Source: Mycobacterium sp.
GTDB lineage: Bacteria > Actinomycetota > Actinomycetes > Mycobacteriales > Mycobacteriaceae
NCBI GenBank assembly: GCA_032159565.1
Contig: JAVHWR010000038.1
Strand: one strand, 5' to 3'
Length of the DNA stretch: 64,000 nt
This document shows positions 7,686 to 17,948 of the stretch, in pieces. A program made the translations under genes and the position numbers. A model generated the notes under the pieces. It did not search any database. It was not told the origin of the DNA and worked only from the letters and a program-made list of their open reading frames with translations. The stretch's first letter is position 1, and each line of letters begins with the position of its first letter.

Positions 7686-9190
7686 CAGTCGTCGTGTCTG
7701 GCTTCGCGCCAGGCCCGCTCGAACGGCAGCCGCCATGCGTTGGGCGCGATCAGCTGGTGAATCGCGTTGGGCCCCCACGTGCCCTGCGGGTACGACTTGA
7801 CCGCCGGCGGGTCGGACAGCAGGCTCTCCGAACGCTCCCACAGCGACTCGATGCCCTCCGCGGTGGTGAACAGTGTGTGATCGCCGCGCATCGCGTCGAG
7901 GATCAGGCGCTCGTAGGCCTCGAGCACGTCGTTCATGGTGTCGGTCTCTTGAGTCGAGAACTGCATCGAGAGCTTGTCGAGCTTCATCCCGGGTCCTGGG
8001 CGCTTGCCGTAGAAGGACAGCGACACCTTGGAGTTGTCGGCGAGATCGAAGGTGAGGTGGTCGGGGCCTTGGGAACCGACGCCCGAGCCCGACGGGAACA
8101 TGGACCGCGGCGCCTCTTTGAACGCAATGGAGATGACGCGAATGCCCTCGGCCATACGCTTTCCCGTGCGGAGGTAGATCGGTACCCCGGCCCAACGCCA
8201 GTTGTCGATACCCACCTTGAGCGCGATGAACGTCTCGGTATCGGAATCGCGGGCGACACCTTTATTCTTGCGGTACCCCACGTACTGCCCTCGGACAACT
8301 TTGGCCGGGTCGACAGGCAACATCGAGCGGAACACCTTGTTCTTCTCTTCGCTGATGGCGCGGGGTTCGAGTGCCGTCGGCGGCTCCATCACGACGAACG
8401 CCATCACCTGGAAAAGGTGGGTGACCACCATGTCCTTGTAGGCGCCGGTGCTCTCGTAGAAGTTGGCCCGTTCGTCCAGCCCCAGGGTCTCCGGGATGTC
8501 GATCTGGATATGGTCGATGAAGTTGCGGTTCCAGATCGGCTCGAACAGACCGTTGGCGAACCTGAAGGCCAGGATGTTCTGCGCGGCCTCCTTGCCGAGA
8601 AAGTGGTCGATGCGGAAGATCTGACTTTCGTCAAACGTCTCGTGGACGAAGTCGTTGAGTTCGACGGCGCTCTCCAAGTCGGTGCCGAACGGCTTCTCCA
8701 TGACGACCCGCGATCGCTCCACCAGCTTCGCGTCACGCAGCATGGTGATGACCGCGCGGGCGGCTTTCGGCGGTACCGACAGATAGTGGAGACGGCGGAC
8801 GTCCGGCCCCAGCTTTTCCTCGGCTTCCTCGACGGCGGCTGCAAGTGCCTCGGGACCCGTGCTCTGAGGGACGTAGGTGACCCTCTCGGCGAACCGGGCC
8901 CACTGTTCCTCGGTGAGCTTGTGCGTTCCGAAGTCGTCGATTGCCTCTTTGGCGACTTCGAGGAACTCGTCTCGGGAAATCTCCTCCAGCGACGTCGCGA
9001 CGATCTCGATGTTGGGTGCGAGTTCGGACTGGCCGAGATAGGCGAGCCCGGGAATCAATTTCCGTCTCGCAAGGTCACCGGTCGCGCCGAACAACACGAC
9101 GACGTGCGGATCGACCGCGAAGTCGTCGTTACGGCGTGCGCGCGCGCCCGGCCCCGGGTAGGAGATCGTCTGCGGTTTGCTTGTCGCCAC
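7682..9190 (-). CDS. zwf: Glucose-6-phosphate 1-dehydrogenase
   Basis: GATGDLARRKL, RVVMEKPFG, RIDHFLGKE, WAGVPIYLRTGKR and AYERLI. GTG 9190 has a GGAAGG SD; ATG 9199 is the alternative start. Confidence 0.95.
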   Translation of the reverse strand: MATSKPQTISYPGPGARARRNDDFAVDPHVVVLFGATGDLARRKLIPGLAYLGQSELAPNIEIVATSLEEISRDEFLEVAKEAIDDFGTHKLTEEQWARFAERVTYVPQSTGPEALAAAVEEAEEKLGPDVRRLHYLSVPPKAARAVITMLRDAKLVERSRVVMEKPFGTDLESAVELNDFVHETFDESQIFRIDHFLGKEAAQNILAFRFANGLFEPIWNRNFIDHIQIDIPETLGLDERANFYESTGAYKDMVVTHLFQVMAFVVMEPPTALEPRAISEEKNKVFRSMLPVDPAKVVRGQYVGYRKNKGVARDSDTETFIALKVGIDNWRWAGVPIYLRTGKRMAEGIRVISIAFKEAPRSMFPSGSGVGSQGPDHLTFDLADNSKVSLSFYGKRPGPGMKLDKLSMQFSTQETDTMNDVLEAYERLILDAMRGDHTLFTTAEGIESLWERSESLLSDPPAVKSYPQGTWGPNAIHQLIAPNAWRLPFERAWREARHDDC

Positions 9191-9419
9191 GCTCGGCATC
9201 CTTCCACCGCCGGATTCTTCACGCACGCTTTGCCGCCCTCCGCCACCGCGCAGTCACAAGCCAGACAACCTATCGTTACCCCTGATCGGCGCCGGCCAAT
9301 CGTCTCGTGCCTGGTACTGCCACCGCCGTCAATTTCTCAGCAACCCAATATGCAACCGGTGTACTCTCCGGGCGGTTGGGGACCACGCGGCGACGCACCT
9401 ACCGGGACGAGGCTGTGCC

Positions 9420-11771
9420 ATGGCAACCGAATTCAACGGCAAAATCGAGCTGGACATCCGCGATTCCGAGCCGGACTGGGGGCCCTACGCCGCACCCACC
9501 GCACCCGAAGGCTCGCCCAACATCCTCTATCTCGTGTGGGACGACACCGGCATCGCGACCTGGGATTGCTTCGGTGGCCTGGTGGAGATGCCGACGATGA
9601 GCCGCATCGCTGAACGCGGTGTGCGGCTCTCGCAGTTCCACACCACTGCGCTGTGCTCGCCGACGCGCGCCTCGCTGCTGACCGGACGCAACGCCACCAC
9701 CGTCGGCATGGCCACCATCGAGGAGTTCACCGACGGGTTCCCCAACTGTAACGGCCGCATCCCGGCGGACACCGCGCTGCTGTCAGAGGTGTTGAACGAG
9801 CGGGGCTACAACACCTACTGCGTCGGCAAATGGCATCTGACACCGTTGGAAGAGTCGAATCTCGCTGCCACCCGGCGTCATTGGCCGCTGTCTCGCGGGT
9901 TCGAGAGGTTCTACGGCTTCATGGGCGGCGAGACCGACCAGTGGTACCCGGACCTGGTATACGACAACCATCAGGTCGCACCGCCGGCGACGCCGGAAGA
10001 GGGCTATCACCTGTCGAAGGACCTCGCCGACAAGACAATCGAGTTCATCCGCGACGCCAAGGTGATCGCCCCCGACAAGCCGTGGTTCAGCTATGTCTGT
10101 CCCGGTGCCGGGCATGCCCCACACCACGTCTTCAAGGAGTGGGCGGACAAGTACGCAGGCAAGTTCGACATGGGTTACGAGCGCTACCGCGAGATCGTGC
10201 TCGAGAACCAGAAGAAGCTCGGCATCGTGCCGCCCGACACCGAATTGTCGCCTGTCAACCCGTATCTCGACGTCAAGGGTCCCAATGGAGAAGCGTGGCC
10301 ATATCAGGACACGGTGCGGCCGTGGGAGGGACTCAACGACGAGGAGAAGCGCCTCTTCAGCCGGATGGCAGAGGTGTTCGCCGGATTCCTGTCCTACACC
10401 GACGCCCAGATCGGGCGCGTCCTGGACTATCTCGAGGAGTCCGGGCAATTGGACGACACGATCATCGTGGTGATCTCCGACAACGGCGCCAGCGGTGAGG
10501 GCGGCCCGAACGGGTCGGTCAACGAGGTGAAGTTCTTCAACGGCTACATCGACACGGCCGAGGACGGCATGGCCTACATCGACCACCTCGGCGGACCGGA
10601 GACCTACAACCACTATCCGATCGGCTGGGCGATGGCGTTCAACACGCCCTACAAGCTGTTCAAGCGCTACGCCTCGCATGAGGGCGGCATCGCCGACACC
10701 GCAATCGTCAGCTGGCCCAACGGAATCAAGGCGCACGGCGAGGTACGCGACAATTACGTCAACGTCTGCGACATCACCCCGACAGTTTACGACCTGCTCG
10801 GTATCACCCCGCCCGCAGAAGTCGGCGGTATCGCACAGAAGCCGCTCGACGGCGTGAGTTTCAAAGCCGCCCTGGACAATCCGTCCGTCGAGACCGGCAA
10901 AGACACCCAGTTCTACACGATGCTCGGCACCCGGGGCATCTGGCACAAGGGCTGGTTCGCCAACACCGTTCACGCCGCCACCCCGGCGGGCTGGTCTCAC
11001 TTCGAGCAGGACCGGTGGGAGCTGTACAACATCGAGGCGGACCGCAGTCAGTGTCATGACCTCGCCGCCGACGAACCGGACAAACTCGACGAGATGAAGA
11101 AGCTCTGGTTCGACGAGGCCGCGAAGTACAACGGGCTTCCGCTGGCCGATCTCAACATCTTCGAGACGATGACGCGCTTTCGGCCGTATCTCGTCGCCGA
11201 CCGGAAGAACTTCACGTACTACCCGGACAACTCCGACGTCGGCCTCGGCGCGGCACCGGAGCTGCGAGGCCAGTCGTTCTCCGTGCTGGCCGAGGTCACC
11301 GTCGACACGCCCGGCGCGGAGGGAGTGCTCTACAAGCAGGGCGCGGGGCACGGCGGCCACGTGTTGTTCGTCCAGGACGGCCGGTTGCACTACATCTACA
11401 ACTTCATGGGGGAGGACGAGCAGAAGTTGTCCGCGCCTGACCCGCTGCCGTTGGGCGATCATGTCTTCGGTGTGCGCTATGACCGCACCGGCACGGTTGA
11501 AGGCAGTCATACGCCGCTGGGCGACGTCTCGCTCTACGTCGACGGTGCCCCGGTGGCGACGATGCCGGGAGTGCGCACCCACCCCGCGAGCTTCGGCCTT
11601 TCGGGCGGCGGCGTGGCCGTCGGACGCAACACCGGCCAGGCAGTGTCGAGCAGCTACAAAGCCCCATACCCGTTTACCGGTGGGACCATCGCCAAGGTCG
11701 TCGTCGACATCTCGGGCACGCCCTACCTGGACGTCGAACGGGAATTGGCGCAAGCCTTCTCAAAAGACTGA
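9420..11771 (+). CDS. atsA: Arylsulfatase (type I, formylglycine-dependent)
   Basis: NILYLVWDD, CSPTRASLLTGR (CxPxR), GKWHL and SDNG; 783 aa; next to an FGE gene and upstream of rplN as in M. tuberculosis Rv0711. Confidence 0.93.
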   Translation: MATEFNGKIELDIRDSEPDWGPYAAPTAPEGSPNILYLVWDDTGIATWDCFGGLVEMPTMSRIAERGVRLSQFHTTALCSPTRASLLTGRNATTVGMATIEEFTDGFPNCNGRIPADTALLSEVLNERGYNTYCVGKWHLTPLEESNLAATRRHWPLSRGFERFYGFMGGETDQWYPDLVYDNHQVAPPATPEEGYHLSKDLADKTIEFIRDAKVIAPDKPWFSYVCPGAGHAPHHVFKEWADKYAGKFDMGYERYREIVLENQKKLGIVPPDTELSPVNPYLDVKGPNGEAWPYQDTVRPWEGLNDEEKRLFSRMAEVFAGFLSYTDAQIGRVLDYLEESGQLDDTIIVVISDNGASGEGGPNGSVNEVKFFNGYIDTAEDGMAYIDHLGGPETYNHYPIGWAMAFNTPYKLFKRYASHEGGIADTAIVSWPNGIKAHGEVRDNYVNVCDITPTVYDLLGITPPAEVGGIAQKPLDGVSFKAALDNPSVETGKDTQFYTMLGTRGIWHKGWFANTVHAATPAGWSHFEQDRWELYNIEADRSQCHDLAADEPDKLDEMKKLWFDEAAKYNGLPLADLNIFETMTRFRPYLVADRKNFTYYPDNSDVGLGAAPELRGQSFSVLAEVTVDTPGAEGVLYKQGAGHGGHVLFVQDGRLHYIYNFMGEDEQKLSAPDPLPLGDHVFGVRYDRTGTVEGSHTPLGDVSLYVDGAPVATMPGVRTHPASFGLSGGGVAVGRNTGQAVSSSYKAPYPFTGGTIAKVVVDISGTPYLDVERELAQAFSKD

Positions 11772-11781
11772 TGATGTTCCG

Positions 11782-12477
11782 GTGAAGCGGTTCGGTCGCG
11801 CGACGTGGGTCCTGCTGACTCTGGTCGCTGTGCTGGTCTCGGCGTGCGTGCGGACCGACGAAGGCGTGGCGATCCGTGGCGAGGATGCCGCGACGTCCAC
11901 CAGCGCGCGACCTCAACCCACAAAGCCGACGGAGGATGCCGGGCCTCCGGCACCCGGCGTCGTTGTCACAACGCAAACGCCGATTCCGGCGAACACCGTC
12001 AGCTGCCCGGAACCGGTCAAACCTGCCGTCTCGGCCGTCGCGCAGGTCACCGATCCGGCCGCTCCCAAGATCACCGTGGCTGTCCCCGACGGCTGGTCGG
12101 TGCGGCCGGGCTCCGGTGACGTCGGCCTCCGCATGCAGGGACCCGACGGCATGTTCGCGACGGTGACCATCGGGCAGACGAAGCTCGATCCCGCTGCGGC
12201 GTTCATGGAATACGCCGACAAGGTGATGGCCGTGTCCGCGGTCAGCAGCGTGAGCGTGCTGCCCGCCGAACTGTGCGGGTACAGCGGACAAAAGCTGATG
12301 GGCGCGTGGTCGGACACGCCGCAACAGTCGGTCGAGTTCCTCGATCGGATTGCACACATACCGACGAACTCGAACAACTATCTGGTCGCCATCCACGTGC
12401 AGGCACCGGCCGCCACCGACGGATTCGAAGCAGCATCAACGGTGCTCATCGAGGACTTCGCCGTCGGCATACCCTGA
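11782..12477 (+). CDS. Lipoprotein, LpqN/LpqT-like
   Basis: GTG start; basic N-region, hydrophobic core and lipobox LVSAC; Pro/Thr-rich linker; C-terminal domain with ITVAVPDGW. Confidence 0.75.
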   Translation: MKRFGRATWVLLTLVAVLVSACVRTDEGVAIRGEDAATSTSARPQPTKPTEDAGPPAPGVVVTTQTPIPANTVSCPEPVKPAVSAVAQVTDPAAPKITVAVPDGWSVRPGSGDVGLRMQGPDGMFATVTIGQTKLDPAAAFMEYADKVMAVSAVSSVSVLPAELCGYSGQKLMGAWSDTPQQSVEFLDRIAHIPTNSNNYLVAIHVQAPAATDGFEAASTVLIEDFAVGIP

Positions 12478-12481
12478 AGTC

Positions 12482-13366
12482 ATGCTCACTGAGCTCGTCG
12501 AGGTGCCCGGCGGGTCGTTTCGGATGGGCTCGACGAGCTTCTATCCGGAAGAGGCGCCGATACACACGGTGCAGATGGCCGGGTTCGCGATCGAACGGCA
12601 TCCGGTCACCAACGCGCAGTTCGCCGAGTTCGTCGACGAGACGGGCCATGTCACCGTCGCCGAGCGCGACATCGATCCGGTGTTGTATCCGGAGGCGAAT
12701 CCGGCCGATCTGGTGCCGGGCGCACTGGTGTTCTCGCCGACGTCCGGGCCGGTGGATCTGCGGGACTGGCGGCAGTGGTGGGAATGGACACCCGGCGCCA
12801 GTTGGCGTCATCCCTTCGGTCCCGACAGTGGCATCGAAACCCTTGCCGATCATCCGGTCGTGCAGGTGGCCTATCCCGACGCGGCCGCTTACGCGCGCTG
12901 GGCGGGGCGCCACCTGCCGAGCGAGGCCGAATGGGAGTACGCGGCGCGCGGCGGCAGCAGTGCGACGTACGCGTGGGGCGCCGAGGCGGCGCCGGACGGG
13001 CGGCTGATGGCCAACACCTGGCAGGGCCGGTTCCCGTACCGGAATCTCGGTGCACTGGGGTGGACGGGCACGTCGCCGGTCGGGACGTTTCCGCCGAACG
13101 GCTACGGCCTCGCCGACATGATCGGCAACGTCTGGGAGTGGACGACGACGGAATTCGCCGGCCACCACCGGCTGGATGCTCCGGCCCATGGATGTTGTCC
13201 GGCGAGTGATGAGGGCGACCCCTCGGTCAGCCAGGCGCTCAAGGGGGGCTCACATCTGTGCGCGCCGGAATACTGCCACCGCTACCGGCCGGCTGCACGC
13301 TCGCCGCAGTCACAGGACAGCGCGACCACGCATATCGGATTCCGTTGCGTGGCTGATATCGCCTGA
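12482..13366 (+). CDS. Formylglycine-generating enzyme (sulfatase-modifying factor)
   Basis: HPVVQVAYPDA, LPSEAEWEYAARGG, NGYGLADMIGNVWEW and KGGSHLCAPEYCHRYRPAAR (CxxxxC active site). Confidence 0.95.
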   Translation: MLTELVEVPGGSFRMGSTSFYPEEAPIHTVQMAGFAIERHPVTNAQFAEFVDETGHVTVAERDIDPVLYPEANPADLVPGALVFSPTSGPVDLRDWRQWWEWTPGASWRHPFGPDSGIETLADHPVVQVAYPDAAAYARWAGRHLPSEAEWEYAARGGSSATYAWGAEAAPDGRLMANTWQGRFPYRNLGALGWTGTSPVGTFPPNGYGLADMIGNVWEWTTTEFAGHHRLDAPAHGCCPASDEGDPSVSQALKGGSHLCAPEYCHRYRPAARSPQSQDSATTHIGFRCVADIA

Positions 13367-13391
13367 CGGCAGACGCGCATCGTCGATCGGC

Positions 13392-13453
13392 GCCGAGCGT
13401 GCACGCAACGACGACTTCCTGCGGCGTGTCGTGTACAGACACGCCCCCTCGCG
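13392..13453. repeat. 62-nt palindromic (REP-like) intergenic element, copy 1
   Basis: Imperfect terminal inverted repeats; its last 32 nt differ at only 4 positions from the copy at 34714-34775. Confidence 0.75.
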
Positions 13454-13505
13454 AGGGGGAGGTGGCCCAGTTCGGGGAGTGGGGTGACTGCTGACCAGGG
13501 GTGAT

Positions 13506-13534
13506 TTGGCGCATCGCCGGTCGTCGCCTAGAAT
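13506..13534 (+). promoter_or_regulatory. Putative SigA promoter of the spc operon
   Basis: TTGGCG-N17-TAGAAT about 130 nt upstream of rplN. Confidence 0.65.
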
Positions 13535-13662
13535 TCACTGGTTGCCTTGGGCAGACCTCGGCCAGCCGTCCCGGCAGGCCCTGCGTGCTCTTCGGTGACG
13601 CAAGACCGCGCACGTCAGGTCGGTATCTGCCGTGCAAACATAAACCAGGTCGAGGAGATCGA

Positions 13663-14031
13663 GTGATTCAGCAGGAATCGCGGGTGAAGGTCGCCGACAA
13701 CACGGGCGCCAAGGAGATCTTGTGCATCCGTGTGCTCGGTGGCTCGGCGCGGCGCTATGCCGGCATCGGCGACATCATCGTCGCCACCGTGAAGGACGCC
13801 ATCCCCGGCGGCAACATCAAGCGCGGCGAGGTGGTCAAGGCCGTCATCGTGCGCACCGTCAAGGAGCGCCGTCGCGCTGATGGCAGCTACATCAAGTTCG
13901 ACGAGAACGCCGCTGTCATCATCAAGCCGGACAACGATCCGCGCGGCACGCGCATCTTCGGCCCGGTCGGCCGCGAACTGCGCGAGAAGCGCTTCATGAA
14001 AATCGTTTCGCTCGCTCCGGAGGTGTTGTAG
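13663..14031 (+). CDS. rplN: 50S ribosomal protein L14
   Basis: [17 protein letters not shown]...IVSLAPEVL, 122 aa; GAGGAG SD. Confidence 0.99.
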   Translation: MIQQESRVKVADNTGAKEILCIRVLGGSARRYAGIGDIIVATVKDAIPGGNIKRGEVVKAVIVRTVKERRRADGSYIKFDENAAVIIKPDNDPRGTRIFGPVGRELREKRFMKIVSLAPEVL

Positions 14032-14349
14032 ATGAAGGTCCACAAGGGCGACACGGTGCTAGTCGTCTCCGGCAAGGACAAGGGCGCGAAAGGCAAGGTG
14101 CTGCAGGCCTTTCCGACCCGCAACAAGATCCTCGTCGAAGGCGTCAACCGCATCAAGAAGCACACCCCGATATCCCGCACCGAGCGCGGTGCGTCCTCGG
14201 GCGGCATCGTCACCCAGGAAGCGGCGATTCACGTGTCCAACGTGATGGTGGTCGACTCCGACGGCAAGCCGACCCGCATCGGCTACCGGAAAGACGAAGA
14301 GAGCGGCAAGAACGTCCGCATCGCCAAGACCAACGGCAAGGACATCTGA
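14032..14349 (+). CDS. rplX: 50S ribosomal protein L24
   Basis: [18 protein letters not shown] (KOW motif), [10 protein letters not shown]. Confidence 0.99.
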   Translation: MKVHKGDTVLVVSGKDKGAKGKVLQAFPTRNKILVEGVNRIKKHTPISRTERGASSGGIVTQEAAIHVSNVMVVDSDGKPTRIGYRKDEESGKNVRIAKTNGKDI

Positions 14350-14350
14350 G

Positions 14351-14923
14351 ATGACCACGGCTGAGAAGACAGAAAAGACGCTGCCCCGCCTGAAGCAGCG
14401 CTACCGCGAGGAAATTCGCGAAGCGCTGCAGAAGGAATTCAGCTACGCCAACGTGATGCAGATTCCGGGCGTGGTGAAGGTCGTCGTGAACATGGGCGTC
14501 GGCGACGCCGCCCGTGACGCCAAGCTGATCAACGGCGCCGTCAACGATCTGGCGCTGATCACCGGCCAGAAGCCCGAGGTGCGCAAGGCGACGAAGTCGA
14601 TCGCTCAGTTCAAGCTGCGCGAGGGCATGCCGATCGGCGCCCGCGTGACGCTGCGGGGCGACCGCATGTGGGAGTTCCTGGACCGGCTGATCTCGATTGC
14701 GCTGCCGCGTATCCGTGACTTCCGCGGACTGGGGCCCAAGCAATTCGACGGCCGCGGCAACTACACCTTCGGGCTGTCCGAGCAATCGGTGTTCCACGAG
14801 ATCGACGTGGACTCCATCGACCGGCCCCGTGGCATGGACATCACCGTCGTCACCACGGCGACGAACGACGACGAAGGACGAGCGCTGTTGCGGGCCCTCG
14901 GCTTTCCGTTCAAGGAGAACTGA
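14351..14923 (+). CDS. rplE: 50S ribosomal protein L5
   Basis: [25 protein letters not shown] and PRIRDFRG. Confidence 0.99.
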
Positions 14924-14927
14924 ACAG

Positions 14928-15113
14928 ATGGCAAAGAAGGCTCTGGTCAACAAGGCCAATAAGAAGCCCAAGTTCAAGGTGCGCGGCTACACCCGCTGCC
15001 AAAGGTGCGGTCGTCCGCATGCGGTCTTCCGCAAGTTCGGCCTCTGCCGCATCTGCCTGCGCGAAATGGCACACGCCGGCGAACTGCCGGGTGTGCAGAA
15101 GTCCAGCTGGTAG
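14928..15113 (+). CDS. rpsN: 30S ribosomal protein S14, zinc-binding (C+) type
   Basis: 61 aa, MAKKAL...RCQRCGRP...CRICLRE. Confidence 0.98.
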
Positions 15114-15209
15114 CAGCGAAATAGACCACAACATCGGAACAGGTTGCGGCAGGCCCACTCCAAAATCTTTGGGGCTGGGAACCGCCGCGAGGAAGGTGAA
15201 CCGGCTGTC

Positions 15210-15608
15210 ATGACCATGACGGACCCGATCGCAGACTTCTTGACACGTCTGCGCAACGCCAATTCGGCGTACCACGACGAGGTGTCCCTGCCGCACAGCA
15301 AGATCAAGGCGAACATCGCCTCGATCCTCAAGGCGGAGGGCTACATCACCGATTTCCGCACCGAGGATGCTCGGGTGGGCAAGTCGCTGGTCGTCGAACT
15401 GAAATACGGCCCCAGCCGCGAGCGAAGCATCGCGGGCCTGCGCCGGGTGTCGAAGCCCGGTCTGCGGGTGTACGCGAAATCCACCAATCTGCCGCGGGTG
15501 CTCGGCGGCCTCGGCGTGGCGATCATCTCCACGTCCGGAGGGCTGCTCACCGACCGTCAGGCAGCACGACAAGGCGTGGGCGGCGAAGTCCTCGCGTATG
15601 TCTGGTGA
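15210..15608 (+). CDS. rpsH: 30S ribosomal protein S8
   Basis: [34 protein letters not shown]; 132 aa. Confidence 0.99.
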   Translation: MTMTDPIADFLTRLRNANSAYHDEVSLPHSKIKANIASILKAEGYITDFRTEDARVGKSLVVELKYGPSRERSIAGLRRVSKPGLRVYAKSTNLPRVLGGLGVAIISTSGGLLTDRQAARQGVGGEVLAYVW

Positions 15609-15620
15609 GGGGGATTAGCC

Positions 15621-16160
15621 ATGTCGCGCATTGGTAAGCAGCCGGTTCCGGTACCCACCGGAGTCGACGTGACGATCGACGGCCAGCACGTCTCGGTCAC
15701 GGGGCCCAAGGGCAGCCTGAACCTGGCGGTCGCCGAGCCGATCAAGGTGGCCCGCGATGACGACGGCGCCATCGTGGTGACCCGGCCCGACGACGAGCGG
15801 CGCAACCGCTCACTGCACGGGCTGTCGCGCACCCTGGTGGCCAACCTCGTCACCGGCGTCACCGATGGTTACACCGTCAAGATGGAGATCTTCGGCGTCG
15901 GCTACCGCGTGGTGGCCAGAGGCAGCGACCTCGAATTCGCCCTGGGTTACAGCCACCCGGTGCTGATCACCGCCCCGGAGGGCGTCACCTTCGCGGTGGA
16001 GACACCGACGAAGTTCTCGATCACCGGTATCGACAAGCAGAAGGTCGGCCAGATTGCGGCCAACATCCGTCGTCTGCGGAAGAGCGACCCCTATAAGGGC
16101 AAGGGCATCCGCTACGAAGGTGAGCAGATCCGCCGCAAGGTCGGAAAGACAGGTAAGTAG
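15621..16160 (+). CDS. rplF: 50S ribosomal protein L6
   Basis: [22 protein letters not shown]. Confidence 0.99.
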   Translation: MSRIGKQPVPVPTGVDVTIDGQHVSVTGPKGSLNLAVAEPIKVARDDDGAIVVTRPDDERRNRSLHGLSRTLVANLVTGVTDGYTVKMEIFGVGYRVVARGSDLEFALGYSHPVLITAPEGVTFAVETPTKFSITGIDKQKVGQIAANIRRLRKSDPYKGKGIRYEGEQIRRKVGKTGK

Positions 16161-16162
16161 CA

Positions 16163-16570
16163 ATGGCTCAAGCCCAGAAAGCAACAGGCGCACCGAAGCA
16201 GGCCGGGCAGAGCGTGTCGGCGGCCCGCCGCACTTCGCGGCTGCGCAGGCACGCCCGGCTGCGCAAGAAGATCGAGGGGACGGCCGAGCGGCCGCGCCTG
16301 GTGGTCAACCGCTCCGCGCGGCACATCCACGTCCAGCTGGTCGACGACCTGAACGGCACAACGCTGGCCGCCGCGTCGTCCATCGAAGCCGATGTGCGCG
16401 GGGTGGACGGCGACAAGAAGGCCCACAGCACGCGGGTCGGTCAGCTGATCGCCGAGCGAGCCAAGGCCGCCGGGATCGAGACCGTCGTGTTCGACCGGGG
16501 TGGCTACACCTACGGCGGACGGCTCGCTGCGCTGGCCGACGCGGCACGCGAAGGTGGGCTGAAGTTCTAA
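16163..16570 (+). CDS. rplR: 50S ribosomal protein L18
   Basis: [38 protein letters not shown]. Confidence 0.98.
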   Translation: MAQAQKATGAPKQAGQSVSAARRTSRLRRHARLRKKIEGTAERPRLVVNRSARHIHVQLVDDLNGTTLAAASSIEADVRGVDGDKKAHSTRVGQLIAERAKAAGIETVVFDRGGYTYGGRLAALADAAREGGLKF

Positions 16571-16607
16571 TGACGAATGACCTCAAAACAATCGGAAGGA
16601 CTGCGTA

Positions 16608-17291
16608 ATGGCCGAGCAGGCAGCAGGAGCCGCCGGGCCTTCGAGTTCGGACGGAAGGCCGGCCCGCGGTGACCGCGAGGGCCGGGGCCGTCGTGACGAT
16701 CGTGGCGGTCGTCGCGACCGCGACGGCGGTGAGAAGAGTAACTACCTCGAGCGTGTCGTCACGATCAACCGCGTTTCCAAGGTGGTCAAGGGGGGGCGGC
16801 GCTTCAGCTTCACCGCGCTGGTCATCGTCGGCGACGGCAACGGCATGGTCGGTGTCGGCTACGGCAAGGCCAAGGAAGTTCCGGCCGCGATCGCCAAGGG
16901 CGTCGAGGAGGCACGCAAGGGCTTCTTCCGCGTTCCGCTGATCGGCCGCACCATCACGCACCCGGTGCAGGGTGAGGCGGCCGCTGGTGTGGTCATGCTG
17001 CGCCCGGCCAGCCCCGGCACCGGTGTGATCGCCGGTGGCGCGGCGCGTGCGGTGCTGGAATGCGCCGGCGTGCACGACATCCTGGCCAAGTCGCTGGGCA
17101 GTGACAACGCGATCAACGTGGTGCACGCCACCGTTGCCGCGCTGAAGCTGCTGCAGCGTCCCGAAGAGGTCGCGGCCCGCCGTGGCCTGCCCATCGAGGA
17201 CGTGGCGCCTGCCCGCATGCTCAGGGCCCGCCGTGAGGCCGACGCGTTGGCCGCAACCGCCAACGCCGCCGCACGCGAAGGATCGGCATAG
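16608..17291 (+). CDS. rpsE: 30S ribosomal protein S5
   Basis: [28 protein letters not shown]. Confidence 0.99.
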   Translation: MAEQAAGAAGPSSSDGRPARGDREGRGRRDDRGGRRDRDGGEKSNYLERVVTINRVSKVVKGGRRFSFTALVIVGDGNGMVGVGYGKAKEVPAAIAKGVEEARKGFFRVPLIGRTITHPVQGEAAAGVVMLRPASPGTGVIAGGAARAVLECAGVHDILAKSLGSDNAINVVHATVAALKLLQRPEEVAARRGLPIEDVAPARMLRARREADALAATANAAAREGSA

Positions 17292-17293
17292 CC

Positions 17294-17482
17294 ATGGCAG
17301 AGCTGAAGATCACCCAGGTACGCAGCACGATCGGTGCCCGGTGGAAGCAGAGGGAAAGCCTGCGTTCGTTGGGACTGCGCAAGATCCGTCAGTCGGTCGT
17401 CCGTGAGGACAACGCGCAGACCCGCGGGCTCATCAACACGGTGCACCACCTCATCAAAGTAGAAGCGGTTGAAGGCGACTAA
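17294..17482 (+). CDS. rpmD: 50S ribosomal protein L30
   Basis: [25 protein letters not shown]. Confidence 0.98.
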   Translation: MAELKITQVRSTIGARWKQRESLRSLGLRKIRQSVVREDNAQTRGLINTVHHLIKVEAVEGD

Positions 17483-17485
17483 ATC

Positions 17486-17929
17486 ATGACGATCAAACTG
17501 CACGACCTGCGCCCGGCGCCGGGGTCGAAGACCGCCAAGACCCGCGTGGGCCGCGGCGAGGGCTCCAAGGGCAAGACCGCCGGTCGCGGTACGAAGGGTA
17601 CCAAGGCCCGCAAGAACGTCCCCGCGACGTTCGAGGGTGGCCAGATGCCCATTCACATGCGGCTGCCGAAGCTCAAGGGCTTCCGCAACCGGTTCCGCAC
17701 CTCCTACGAGGTTGTCAATGTGGGCGACCTGAACAGGCTGTTCCCCAAGGGCGGCGACGTCGGTGTCGACGAACTGGTGGCCGCCGGTGCGGTCCGGAAG
17801 AACTCGCTGGTCAAGGTGCTCGGCGACGGCAAGCTGACCGTGAAGGTCAACGTCACCGCGCACAAGTTCAGTGGCAGCGCGAAGGAAAAGATCTCGGCCG
17901 CAGGCGGTTCGGCGACCGAGGCCTCCTAA
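17486..17929 (+). CDS. rplO: 50S ribosomal protein L15
   Basis: [29 protein letters not shown]. Confidence 0.99.
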   Translation: MTIKLHDLRPAPGSKTAKTRVGRGEGSKGKTAGRGTKGTKARKNVPATFEGGQMPIHMRLPKLKGFRNRFRTSYEVVNVGDLNRLFPKGGDVGVDELVAAGAVRKNSLVKVLGDGKLTVKVNVTAHKFSGSAKEKISAAGGSATEAS

Positions 17930-17948
17930 CTCCCCCGACAAGACGCAG

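Noticed and set aside
580-11753. Long antisense ORFs (580-2031, 7694-9613, 9783-11753, and similarly 27351-29105, 57272-59215)
   Set aside because: They mirror well-supported genes, which is typical of high-GC codon bias, and show no motifs or start signals.
2567-15209. Extended N-termini in the ORF track (2567, 6201, 9177, 11461, 12350, 13501, 14697, 15144)
   Set aside because: They overlap upstream genes or promoters; downstream starts fit SD signals, stop/start overlaps and known protein lengths.
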